NCBI GenBank assembly: GCA_965116905.1 | Contig: OZ220732.1 | Location: 1,856,001 to 1,920,000, forward strand | Source of the DNA: Longimicrobiales bacterium | GTDB lineage: Bacteria > Gemmatimonadota > Gemmatimonadetes > Longimicrobiales > Gaopeijiaceae | Length of the DNA stretch: 64,000 bases | Reading direction: 5' to 3' | Shown here: positions 37,309 to 46,880 of the stretch, piece after piece | How positions within the stretch are numbered: position 1 is the first letter of the stretch | How the letters are laid out: the number at the start of each line of letters is the position of its first letter | Notes under the pieces: generated by a model | Told to the model about the DNA's origin: nothing | The model's input: the letters and a program-made list of their open reading frames with translations, nothing else | Databases searched by the model: none | Translations under genes and position numbers: made by a program

Positions 37309-40008
37309 ATGACAACCCCATCACGGCTCGAAGGTCTCGTTCTTGTCGTTTCCGCGTTTGCGTTCGCCGGAGCGGGCGTCGTTCCGGCGGGTGTCCAGGC
37401 CCAACAGGGGACGATCGCCGGCCAGGTTACGGATGCCGAAACGGGAGAGGCCCTTTCCGATGCGGCGGTCGAGGCGCTTGGGGCGGCGGGGCCGGTCGCG
37501 ACCAACCAGCAAGGACGTTTCAGCCTTGGCGTGGCTTCCGGGTCGCACACCCTCGTGGTGACGCTGATCGGATACGAAACCGCCCGGGTGGATGGTGTCG
37601 AGGTGGCCGCGGGCGGCGCTGCGGAAGTCTCCGTGTCGCTGCGCTCGCAGGCGCTGCTTCTCAATCCCATCGTCGTGACTGCGTCGCGCCGTCAGGAGAA
37701 GGCGCTCGACGCGCCGGCGTCGATCTCCACCGTTTCGTCCAGCGACGTGGCCCGAACGGCGGCGGTCACCGTTGCGGAACACGTGCGCGGGCTGCCCGGG
37801 ATCGACGCGGCGCAGACCGGGCTGAGCCGGACGGCGGTTGTGGCCCGCGGGTTCAACAACGTGTCTTCCGGCTCGCTCCTGACGATCATCGACAACCGCT
37901 ATGCACGCATTCCCTCGCTTCGATTCAATGCGTACAGCCTGTTCCCGACGACGGATCTGGACATCGAGCGAATCGAGGTTTCGCTGGGCCCGGGAGCCGC
38001 GCTCTACGGCCCGAACGCATCGAACGGCGTGATGCACATCATCACTTCGTCGCCACTCGACGAACAGGGCTCCACCATTTCACTGGCGGGAGGTGAGCGT
38101 TCGGTTTTTCACGGTCAGTTCCGCTCCGCCCACGCTGCTTCCGAGAACTTCGGCGTCAAGATCTCGGGACAGTACCAGCAGGGGAACGACTGGGAGTACG
38201 ACGATCCGTTCGAGATTGTCTCTCGCGACTATGAAACGTCGCGGTACAGTGCCGATGCCCGGTTCGACGTGCGCTTCGGCGATGACGGCGCGTTCATCCT
38301 GAATACCGGAACCAGCAAGATCGGCAGCGGCATCTCAATGACGCGGATCGGTGCCAGCCAGGTGAGAAACTGGGGCTACAACTTCGCCCAGACCCGCCTG
38401 ACGAAGGGTCGGCTCTTCGCCCAGGCGTTCCTGAATCAGACGAACTCCGGGAGCACCGCAACGGGGGGATCGGCCGAAGCGGGAACATTTCTGCTGCGGA
38501 CCGGCGGCCCGGTGGTGGACCAGTCGCGCACCATGGCGGCGCAGTTTCAATACGGCTTCGATGTCGGACCCTGGCAGAGCTTCATCTACGGCGTCGATTG
38601 GCAGCGCACCGAGCCGCGCACCGGGGGTACGATCTTCGGGCGGAACGAGAATGACGACGTCGTCTCCGAAGCCGGCACGTATCTGCACTCGGAGACGTCT
38701 CTGGGCGACCGGGTGGACCTCGTCACGGCCATCCGCCTGGACGATCACAACCGCCTTGCCGACATGAACATCTCCCCTCGCGCCGCCCTCGTGGTCCGCC
38801 CGGCCGACGACCACAACTTCCGCCTCACCTACAATCGGGCCTTCGCGACTCCGACCACCACCAATCTCTTTCTGGACATCATCGCGGGGCGGATCCCCGT
38901 GGCCGGAGACATCAGCTACAATATCCGCGCGCTCAGCGTGCCCTCGGGTGGCTTCACCTTCGGGGCTCAGTGCCCGGGCGGCGTCATGTCCTACTGCATG
39001 CGCTCGCCCGTGGTTGCCGGCCCCATCCCGGCAAACGCCGCCTTGCTCTGGGAGGCGCTCCTCCAGCTGCTGCCGTCGCTCGATCCCCGGACCGCACCGA
39101 TCGTCAATTTCCTGAAAGACCCGGGAACCCGCCCCGGGGATCCCACCCTCGGCACGGTGCTCCGCCTCCTGGACCAGTCGGCCACCGATCCCTCCATGAG
39201 GTTCCCGCTGAACGACTCGCCGACGGAGAACAGGGCCGAACTCGTCTCGACCATCAACAATACGTACGAGGTCGGCTACAAGGGCATGATCAGGAACAAG
39301 GTGCTCCTGTCCGTCGACGCCTGGTTCAGCCGGGTGGAGAACTTCATCGGCCCGCTGCAGATCATCACGCCGAACGTGTTCCTCGATCCCGCCAGCGCCG
39401 GGGCATTCATCGTCCATCGTCTGACTCCGCTTATCCGGGCGGGCCGCATCACCCGGGAGGGTGCGCTGGGAATCGCCGAGCTCCTCGCTTCAGCGCCGCT
39501 GGGCACCGTCGTGCCCGATCAGTCGGAGTCCGCTGACCTCATCGTGACGTATCGGAACTTCGGCGAAGTCGATTTCTGGGGGACGGACCTGGCGGCGCAG
39601 ATCCTCGCGTCGGACCGACTGCGGATCAACGCGAACTACTCCTTCCAGAGCGACGAGTGCTTCGATTTCAACGAAGACGGCCTGTGCACCAGTTCGGACG
39701 ACATCGCGCTCAATGCCCCCAATCACAAGGGATCGGTGGGGTTTACCTTCGACGACCGGGCCGCAGGCTTCTCTTTTGGCGGACGGCTGCGGATGACCAC
39801 CGCCTTTCCGATGAACTCCGGCGTGTACAGGGGTGATGTGGACGGATACAGCATTCTGGATGTCCTGATCGGATACCGGCTCCCCTTCCAGCCCGGCACG
39901 GAGGTTTCGCTGACGGCGAACAACATCCTCAACAACCTGCACCGGGAGTTCGTGGGTGCGCCGGAGATCGGCAGGATGCTGGTGGCGAGGGTGAGGTACG
40001 ACTTCTGA
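37309..40008 (+). CDS. TonB-dependent receptor with N-terminal carboxypeptidase-regulatory-like domain
   Basis: IVVTASRR, plug IERIEVSLGPGAALYGPNASNGV, C-terminal VRYDF. Confidence 0.93.
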   Translation: MTTPSRLEGLVLVVSAFAFAGAGVVPAGVQAQQGTIAGQVTDAETGEALSDAAVEALGAAGPVATNQQGRFSLGVASGSHTLVVTLIGYETARVDGVEVAAGGAAEVSVSLRSQALLLNPIVVTASRRQEKALDAPASISTVSSSDVARTAAVTVAEHVRGLPGIDAAQTGLSRTAVVARGFNNVSSGSLLTIIDNRYARIPSLRFNAYSLFPTTDLDIERIEVSLGPGAALYGPNASNGVMHIITSSPLDEQGSTISLAGGERSVFHGQFRSAHAASENFGVKISGQYQQGNDWEYDDPFEIVSRDYETSRYSADARFDVRFGDDGAFILNTGTSKIGSGISMTRIGASQVRNWGYNFAQTRLTKGRLFAQAFLNQTNSGSTATGGSAEAGTFLLRTGGPVVDQSRTMAAQFQYGFDVGPWQSFIYGVDWQRTEPRTGGTIFGRNENDDVVSEAGTYLHSETSLGDRVDLVTAIRLDDHNRLADMNISPRAALVVRPADDHNFRLTYNRAFATPTTTNLFLDIIAGRIPVAGDISYNIRALSVPSGGFTFGAQCPGGVMSYCMRSPVVAGPIPANAALLWEALLQLLPSLDPRTAPIVNFLKDPGTRPGDPTLGTVLRLLDQSATDPSMRFPLNDSPTENRAELVSTINNTYEVGYKGMIRNKVLLSVDAWFSRVENFIGPLQIITPNVFLDPASAGAFIVHRLTPLIRAGRITREGALGIAELLASAPLGTVVPDQSESADLIVTYRNFGEVDFWGTDLAAQILASDRLRINANYSFQSDECFDFNEDGLCTSSDDIALNAPNHKGSVGFTFDDRAAGFSFGGRLRMTTAFPMNSGVYRGDVDGYSILDVLIGYRLPFQPGTEVSLTANNILNNLHREFVGAPEIGRMLVARVRYDF

Positions 40009-40132
40009 GGGCAGTCGGCTCGACGCCGAGGCCGCCACCCCGCGTGGCAGAGTCGGCGCTGGCGCCGAACTTGTCGCCGGGACTGCGGCTGCCTACCGTG
40101 CCAGTCACAACTCACATCTCCCGGAGACACGA

Positions 40133-41188
40133 ATGACCCGCACCAAGTTCGCTTTCGGAGTCGTTGCCACCACGGCGCTGGCCACCGCGGCCCTGGCCGC
40201 AGCGGCCCTCCCCACCGCGGTCCCCCTCATGGCCCAGCACGACACCAGCAGCCCCTTCCGCCCCATCTACGGCTGGGGCGAGCTGCCCGAGGGCAGGGAG
40301 TGGGGCTCGACCAGCGCCATCGAGATCGCGCCGGACGGAAACATCTGGGTCGCGGAGCGCTGCGGGCGAAACACCTGCGTCGGCTCGGACGTCGACCCGA
40401 TCCTGCTCTTCGACAAGGAGGGGAACCTGCTGCGCAGCTTCGGCGCCGGCCTGATCGCGTGGCCGCACGGGATCGACGTGGACCACGAGGGCAACGTCTG
40501 GGTGACCGACGCGTGGCGGTCAATGGCGACCACCACCGGCAACACGGTGCTCAAGTTCTCTCCCGAGGGCGAGCTGCTGATGACGATCGGCACTCCCGGG
40601 GAAGCCGGCGACCCCCCCACCCACCTCACCCAGCCCTCCGACGTGCTGGTCGCTCCCAACGGACAGATCTACGTCGCCGACTCGCACGACCGCACGCGGG
40701 GCCGGATCGTCCGGTACGCCCCCGACGGCACCTACATGGAGACGTGGGGCGAACTCGGCTACGGACCCAAGCAGTTCCGCGATCCGCACGCGCTCGCGAT
40801 GGACTCGCAGGGCCGCATCTTCGTGGGCGACCGCTACAACAACCGCATCCAGATCTTCGACCAGGAGGGCGAGTTCCTCGCGATCTGGACGCAGTTCGGG
40901 CGCCCGAGCGGGCTCTACATCGACGCCGACGACAACATCTACGTGGCCGATTCGGAGTCGAGCCCGGCGCCCAACGAGTTCACCGGGCAGCGCAACGCCG
41001 GGTGGGAGAAGGGGATCCGCATCGGCGACGCCCGCATGGGGTGGGTGCACCACTTCCTGCCGGACGACCGCGCCAACGTGATGGGGTTCAGCGGCCCGGA
41101 AGGCGTCGCGGTCGACGACGAGGGCAACGTGTATGGCGCCGAGGTGTCCCAGCGGCGCATCACGAAGTGGGTGCGGTTCAGGCGGTAG
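40133..41188 (+). CDS. NHL-repeat protein (peptidyl-alpha-hydroxyglycine alpha-amidating lyase-like)
   Basis: WPHGIDVDHEGNVWVTD, DPHALAMDSQGRIFVGDRYNNRIQIFDQEG. Confidence 0.88.
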   Translation: MTRTKFAFGVVATTALATAALAAAALPTAVPLMAQHDTSSPFRPIYGWGELPEGREWGSTSAIEIAPDGNIWVAERCGRNTCVGSDVDPILLFDKEGNLLRSFGAGLIAWPHGIDVDHEGNVWVTDAWRSMATTTGNTVLKFSPEGELLMTIGTPGEAGDPPTHLTQPSDVLVAPNGQIYVADSHDRTRGRIVRYAPDGTYMETWGELGYGPKQFRDPHALAMDSQGRIFVGDRYNNRIQIFDQEGEFLAIWTQFGRPSGLYIDADDNIYVADSESSPAPNEFTGQRNAGWEKGIRIGDARMGWVHHFLPDDRANVMGFSGPEGVAVDDEGNVYGAEVSQRRITKWVRFRR

Positions 41189-41191
41189 GGC

Positions 41192-42274
41192 TCATGCCCC
41201 CTGAGCCCCCCGAACGCCCCGCACCGCCCGCTTCACCAGGTTCCTGAGCAGCGGGACCTTGAAGTGGTTGTAGTCGAGGGGATCGGCGCCCCTGACCGCG
41301 AGCTCACCGGCCATCTCCGCCGTCTCCTCGTCGCGGGGACGCCCCCGCACCAGGTCCTCCACGGCGGTCATGCGGCGCGGAACGCACTGCACGGCCCCGG
41401 CGACGATGCGGATGTCCTCGATGATGCCCCCGCCGTTCGCCCGGCTGCCGTTCCCGCCGGCGCCGTTCCCGCCCCCGCCGTCCTCCGTCCGCACCGCCGC
41501 GGCCACGCTCACGAGCGCGAAGTCCCAGGTCTTCCGGTCCGCCACCTTCTCGAAGTGGAAGTCGGCGCCGGCCCAGCGGCCCGGGATGCGGATCGCGGTG
41601 AGGAGGTCGCGCTCTCCCAGCACGGTCATGCGCGTGATGTCGACGCCGGGCGGCATGAAGAACTCCGCCGCGGGGACGACCTTCTCGCGGCGCGCGCTCC
41701 GCACGACCATGTCCGCTTCCAGCGCCACCAGCGCCGGCGCGACATCGGACGGGGTGACGGCCACGCAGCGGTCGGCGCCGAAGATGGCGTGTTCGCGGTT
41801 CATTGCGCCGGGGGCGCCCGCATAGCAGGTGTTGCCGCCCGCCCGGTAGCAGGTCATGCCATAGCGGTAGTACCAGCAGCGGGTGTCCTGGCAGACGTTC
41901 CCCCCGATGGTTCCCGCGTGGCGGATCTGCGGACTCGCGACCTCTGCCGCGGCGTCGGCCAGGAGCGCGTAACGTGACCGGATGAGGGGGTCGGCCTCCA
42001 CCGCGGCCAGCGTGGTCATCGCGCCGATCTCGATGCCATCGCTGCCGCCGGGGCCGTCGTCGCCCTCCCGTCCCCTCACACCCCTGAGTTCGGCGATCCC
42101 CTCGAGATCGATGACCACGGCGGGCTGCTTGCCGCGGTTCTTGAACCAGTCGAAGCTGTCGTAGCCGCCGGCCAGCGGCCACGCGTCGGCTCCGTGGCGG
42201 CTCAGCAGTTCGAGCGCGCTGTCGAGGTCGGCCGGCTGGAGCAGGTCGAAGTGGGTCATCATGTCGTTCATCAT
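41192..42274 (-). CDS. Xanthine dehydrogenase family FAD-binding subunit (PaoB/YagS-like, 4Fe-4S insert)
   Basis: ASPQIRHAGTIGGNVCQDTRCWYYR...CY....C, KVADRKTWDFA. Confidence 0.9.
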   Translation of the reverse strand: MMNDMMTHFDLLQPADLDSALELLSRHGADAWPLAGGYDSFDWFKNRGKQPAVVIDLEGIAELRGVRGREGDDGPGGSDGIEIGAMTTLAAVEADPLIRSRYALLADAAAEVASPQIRHAGTIGGNVCQDTRCWYYRYGMTCYRAGGNTCYAGAPGAMNREHAIFGADRCVAVTPSDVAPALVALEADMVVRSARREKVVPAAEFFMPPGVDITRMTVLGERDLLTAIRIPGRWAGADFHFEKVADRKTWDFALVSVAAAVRTEDGGGGNGAGGNGSRANGGGIIEDIRIVAGAVQCVPRRMTAVEDLVRGRPRDEETAEMAGELAVRGADPLDYNHFKVPLLRNLVKRAVRGVRGAQGA

Positions 42275-42293
42275 GGCCGACTCCCGAGCCTTC

Positions 42294-44693
42294 TCACTGC
42301 GTGTTGACCTCGAGCGGCCGGTGCGACTGGGCCTGCTCGGCGAGCACGTTGACGATCATGTCCGGGACCACCGGAATGCGGTTGAAATAGTGGCCGCCCA
42401 GGGCGTCGGAGATGGCGCACAGCAGCGCGGCCGCGGAGCACCCCATCAGGGGCTCGCCGACGCCCTTTGCGCCCACCGGGTTCTGGGGGTCGGCGATGTC
42501 GGTGGCGGCCCAGTCGAGGTGGGACGGCACGTCGAGGTAGGACGGCGGCTTGGCCTGGTGGAAGCCGATGTTTCCGGCCACCCCGTAGCGCCGGTCGTAG
42601 ACGTGACGCTCGAGCGCCGCCATCCCGAAGCCCATCACCGCGCCGCCCTTGACCTGGGCCGCGAGGCCCTGCGGGTGCACGACGGTGCCGCAGTCGGCGA
42701 CGCCGAGGTAGTCGACGATCTCTACGGCGCCGGTTTCGACGTCGAGTTCGATCTCGATGAATCCGGCGGCGAGCGCGGGAACGGTGCCATCGCGGGGCAG
42801 GTTGTCGCGCGCGACGCCGATCAGGCCGCTTCCCGCCAGGTTCGCGACCGCCGCCGTGGTGACCGGGTTGAGGTCGTCGGGGACCTCGTGCCCGGCGAAG
42901 CGCCCTCCCAGGCGGATCGCCTGCTGGGCCGCCCGCGCATAGCTGATCCGTCGCGACGGGTTGGCGCGCGCGAAGACGGCCTCGTCGCCGATGTCGTAGT
43001 CCCCGGAAGAACCGCCCAGCTCCATCGCCGCGATCGCCTTCAGCTTCTCGACCGCGTCGGCCGCCGCCACGTAAGCCGCCCGGGTCATGGTAAAGGTCGT
43101 GTTGCTCCCGACCTGCGGGCTGGCCGACGCCAGATTACGCGACGAATCCCCGCGCACAATCACGCAGTTCTCCCAGTCGTACCCCAGCACCTCCGCGGCC
43201 GCGCGCGAGACCGCCGCATACGAGTACGTGCCGAGGTTCCCCACCCCGCAGTGGATGTGCAGCTTGCCGTCGGGCGTGATCCGCACGAGTCCATCCTGTC
43301 CGCTCATCCCGGCCGAATGAAAGGCCTGGCCCACCGCGACGCCAGTCACCTTCGAACCGCGCCGTACTCTGCCGCGGGCCAGCCGCTCGTCCCATCCGAA
43401 CCTGCGGGCGCCCATGTCGAGCGCTTCCCGCAGGTGCGCGCTTGTGACCGGACCCTGGTTGCCGCCGTAGCGCGAATCACTGTCGGGCGCGTTGATGCTG
43501 CGGATCTCGACCCGGTCAATGCCGAGCCGGGCCGCCGCCTTGTCGAGGATCGGCTCGACCGCGCAGGCGATCTGGTTCTGGCCCGGACCGCGCTGCGCCC
43601 CCCGCGCGGGGGTGTTGGTGAGCACCGGGATCCCGCGGAAGCGCATGGCAAGGGGGGTATAGACGATGGAGATGGCGCCGGCCGCGCTGCCGAGGTCGCC
43701 GAACCCGCTGTTGGGACCGTTTTCCTGCACGATGAAAAGGTCCGCCGCCGTGATCCGGCCGTCATCCCTGAACCCCATGCGGATCCGTCCCTGGAAGCCC
43801 GCCCGGGCCGACCCGATCGCGTATTCCTCCGCCCGGCTGATGCGCATCATGACGGGACGCCCAGTCTTCCTGGCCATGTGCGCAGGTATCGACATGACCG
43901 GGTACGCGCTGCCCTTCGACCCGAAACCGCCGCCGCAGAACTCGGCCACGAAGACCAGGTCGTCCGGGTCGATCCCGATGTAGCGGGCCAGGCTGCCCAG
44001 CGTCGCGCTCTGGCTCTGGCTCGACCCGAAGACGTGACACTTCCCGTTCTGCCAGTACGCCATGGCCGAGCGCGGCTCCATGGAGTGGTGCGAGGTGCCC
44101 GCCGTGACGAAGCTCTCGTCGAGCACGACCGCCGCATCCCGGAAGCCGACCTCGAGGTCCCCGTAGGACCACTCGTTGTTGACCTCCCCCATCGGCAGCT
44201 CGCCCTCGCCCGCGTCCTCGAAGTCGGCGTCGGTCCACTTGATCTCGGAGACGCCCTCGCGGCGCACCACCGTGTTGCCGTCCAGGCGGGCGTTGGGGCC
44301 GTCCGGACGCAGGCTCTCGAGCGGGTCGAGCACGAACGGGAGCGGCTCGAGGTCCAGCCTGACCTTCCTGATCGCGTCCTGCGCCGTGGTTTCGTCGACC
44401 GCGGCCAGCGCGGCGACGGGCTCGCCCACGAAGTGGGGCGTGTTCGTGAGGATGGGGTTGCCAGGCGCGGGGATTTCGGGCACGTCGTCGGCGGTGAGGA
44501 TCGCGACCACGCCCTCCATCGCGAGCGCCTCCGAGGCGTCGATGCCGCGGACGCGCGCGCGCGGCATGGGGCTCGTGATGAGGCGGCAGAAGAGCATCCC
44601 GTCGGCGCGGAAGTCTTCGGCGTACCTGGCGCGTCCGGTGACCTTCGCGATCACGTCCGGGGGCGTGAAGTCCCTGCCGATCAGTTCAGGCAT
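42294..44693 (-). CDS. Xanthine dehydrogenase family molybdopterin-binding subunit
   Basis: AKVTGRARY, CGGGFGSK, QVKGGAVMGFG, AKGVGEP. Confidence 0.93.
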   Translation of the reverse strand: MPELIGRDFTPPDVIAKVTGRARYAEDFRADGMLFCRLITSPMPRARVRGIDASEALAMEGVVAILTADDVPEIPAPGNPILTNTPHFVGEPVAALAAVDETTAQDAIRKVRLDLEPLPFVLDPLESLRPDGPNARLDGNTVVRREGVSEIKWTDADFEDAGEGELPMGEVNNEWSYGDLEVGFRDAAVVLDESFVTAGTSHHSMEPRSAMAYWQNGKCHVFGSSQSQSATLGSLARYIGIDPDDLVFVAEFCGGGFGSKGSAYPVMSIPAHMARKTGRPVMMRISRAEEYAIGSARAGFQGRIRMGFRDDGRITAADLFIVQENGPNSGFGDLGSAAGAISIVYTPLAMRFRGIPVLTNTPARGAQRGPGQNQIACAVEPILDKAAARLGIDRVEIRSINAPDSDSRYGGNQGPVTSAHLREALDMGARRFGWDERLARGRVRRGSKVTGVAVGQAFHSAGMSGQDGLVRITPDGKLHIHCGVGNLGTYSYAAVSRAAAEVLGYDWENCVIVRGDSSRNLASASPQVGSNTTFTMTRAAYVAAADAVEKLKAIAAMELGGSSGDYDIGDEAVFARANPSRRISYARAAQQAIRLGGRFAGHEVPDDLNPVTTAAVANLAGSGLIGVARDNLPRDGTVPALAAGFIEIELDVETGAVEIVDYLGVADCGTVVHPQGLAAQVKGGAVMGFGMAALERHVYDRRYGVAGNIGFHQAKPPSYLDVPSHLDWAATDIADPQNPVGAKGVGEPLMGCSAAALLCAISDALGGHYFNRIPVVPDMIVNVLAEQAQSHRPLEVNTQ

Positions 44694-45333
44694 GCGAGAC
44701 CTCCGGGGTAGCGGTCGACCCCGTGCGCGCTGCGCGCATGACTCCGTTCAGGTAGTGGTCGTAGGCTCCGCAGCGGCAGAGGTTGCCGGACATCGCGCGG
44801 CGGGCCTCGTCACGCGTGGGATTCGGGTTGGCGCGGAGCAGCGCCGCGGCCGCCATCACCTGCCCCGGCGTGCAGAATCCGCACTGCGGCCCCAGCTCGT
44901 CGATGAAGGCGCGCTGAACGGGGTGCAACTCGCCGCCGGGGCCCTCCAGTCCCTCGACCGTCGTGACCTCGCGGCCCCGCACCCGGTGCGTGAGCGTCGA
45001 GCAGGCATAGTGCGCCACACCGTCGATCATGACCGTGCAGGCTCCGCACTCGGCACGGTCGCAGCCGAGCTTCGTGCCCGTCAGGCCGAGCTTGTAGCGC
45101 AGCGTCATGGCGAGCGTCTCCTGCGGGAGGACGTCGACGCGGCGCGTGCGTCCGTTCACCTGGAGCGAGATCAGCCGGCCGACCGATCCTCGCGCGGCTC
45201 CCTGGGGCCGTGCCGCGGCCGGCGCGGAGAACCACGACATCGCCGACACCGAGGCGCTGGTCGCGATCACGCTCTTGATGAAACTGCGGCGCGACACATG
45301 GCCGCGTCCCGCCAGCGGCTGGCTCTCGTTCAT
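44686..45333 (-). CDS. (2Fe-2S)-binding subunit with Tat signal (PaoA/YagT-like)
   Basis: SRRSFIK; GCDRAECGAC, QCGFCTPG, NLCRC. Confidence 0.92.
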   Translation of the reverse strand: MNESQPLAGRGHVSRRSFIKSVIATSASVSAMSWFSAPAAARPQGAARGSVGRLISLQVNGRTRRVDVLPQETLAMTLRYKLGLTGTKLGCDRAECGACTVMIDGVAHYACSTLTHRVRGREVTTVEGLEGPGGELHPVQRAFIDELGPQCGFCTPGQVMAAAALLRANPNPTRDEARRAMSGNLCRCGAYDHYLNGVMRAARTGSTATPEVSHA

Positions 45334-45448
45334 CCTGTGGATCCCCTTCCCGGAGCGCGGTTCGGGCTGCCCCTTGATGGTACGCGACGGCCGATTCGCG
45401 TACAACCGCGGCGGAACCGGGTCCCCGGCGGCGGTTCGCCCGCGCCGG

Positions 45449-46816
45449 CTACCGGCGAAAGCTCCTGATCTCGACCGCGACGGGCCCGCCCGCCGAAGCG
45501 ATGCTGTCCGCCAGCGCGAAGGTCCCCGGCTCGTAGCGGAAGATCTGTGGCGGCAGGCCCTGCCGGACGCTCCCGAAGAAGGTCTGGTAGAGCGATCCGT
45601 CTGCGGCCGTGTGCGCGGCAAAGGCACCCCGGCATCCGCCGCCCTCCAGGGGCGCGCAGATCGGGGCGGTGGCGTCCCGCACGAACGCCCCGGCGGCCGT
45701 GTTCCAGGCGACCGTGCCCGTAAAGAACGCCGACGCGAAGAGCATCCCGTCCCGGGAGACGTGCACGTGCCCCGAGCCCGCGGGGAATCCGCCGGCCAGG
45801 CCGACCCGCTCCAGGGTCGACGGATCGATGATCGCCAGCGTCGATGGAGAGACGTAGTCGCCCGTGTTCATCACATAGAGCATGCCATCGGGTCCGACAG
45901 CGCCCAGCTGCGGATTGGTGCCCCCGGTCCCGATTTCGGCGGTCACGGTCATGGTGCGCGGGTCGAGCACGGTCACGACCCCGTTGCCGGCAGGGGCGTA
46001 GCTGTCGTCCAGGTTCGCCGAGATCACGAAGGCCAGCGAGTCGGAGAACGGCACGATGCCCGTGGGGAACTGGGTCACCGAAAGCAGATCGGTGATCCTG
46101 TCGCCGTCCTGGCCGAGCATGAACCTGCCCACCTCGTCGGTTTCCTGGTTGGCCACGAGCACCGTCCGGTCGTCCACGAAGGCCGAGCCGGTGGCGTTGC
46201 CGGACTCGAAGAGGAAGAACGACGCGATCTGCCGGCTGCGAAGATCGATCGTGGCCACCGAGGCCGCGTTGCCAAGGGGCACGACCGCGGTCTCTCCGCG
46301 GATGCTGATCCCCGTGGCCGTCACGGCGCTCGATGCGCCCAGCGCGATATCGTGCCGCTCGTCCGGGTCCCCCACCCGGAAGAGCCGCACCGCGTTGGCA
46401 AGCGAATGCACGACGATCCCGATCTGCGGATCCGCCACGGTCCCGTCGAGAAACTCCAGTTCCTCGACCAGCAGCGAGACGGCGGCGTCGCCCGTGTTGC
46501 CGTCCGAGTCCGTCGCGGTGAGCGTGATCGTATGGACGCCCGTCGACGGCAGGGTCAGGTCCAGTGACGCGCCGGTGCCGAGGGCGCCGTCGATCGAGCT
46601 CGACCAGGCCAGGGCCGCGGCCGCGAGCGGACCATCCTGCGGGTCCGTGGCGCTGCCGGCCAGCTGCACGGGCAAGCCTTCCGTGAGAGTGAGTCCGGAC
46701 GCCGGCGAGGTGATGACGGCGGTCGGGCTGTTGGGCCCGGTGGGCGTTTCCTCGCTACAGCCGGCCAGGCCGACGAGGGCGATGAGGATGGTGGGGCGGA
46801 GGGCGGTGTGCGTCAT
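45449..46816 (-). CDS. Lipoprotein, Ig-like domain plus beta-propeller (BtuG/YncE-like candidate)
   Basis: Lipobox LAGC; WSSSIDGALGTG Ig domain; propeller-like repeats (IGTGGTNPQ); follows btuB. Confidence 0.7.
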   Translation of the reverse strand: MTHTALRPTILIALVGLAGCSEETPTGPNSPTAVITSPASGLTLTEGLPVQLAGSATDPQDGPLAAAALAWSSSIDGALGTGASLDLTLPSTGVHTITLTATDSDGNTGDAAVSLLVEELEFLDGTVADPQIGIVVHSLANAVRLFRVGDPDERHDIALGASSAVTATGISIRGETAVVPLGNAASVATIDLRSRQIASFFLFESGNATGSAFVDDRTVLVANQETDEVGRFMLGQDGDRITDLLSVTQFPTGIVPFSDSLAFVISANLDDSYAPAGNGVVTVLDPRTMTVTAEIGTGGTNPQLGAVGPDGMLYVMNTGDYVSPSTLAIIDPSTLERVGLAGGFPAGSGHVHVSRDGMLFASAFFTGTVAWNTAAGAFVRDATAPICAPLEGGGCRGAFAAHTAADGSLYQTFFGSVRQGLPPQIFRYEPGTFALADSIASAGGPVAVEIRSFRR

Positions 46817-46880
46817 GAGGTCTCTGTCCTTTGTGCAGTGAGGGTGCGGATGTGTGCGTCGGGATGGGGGGATGCCACGT

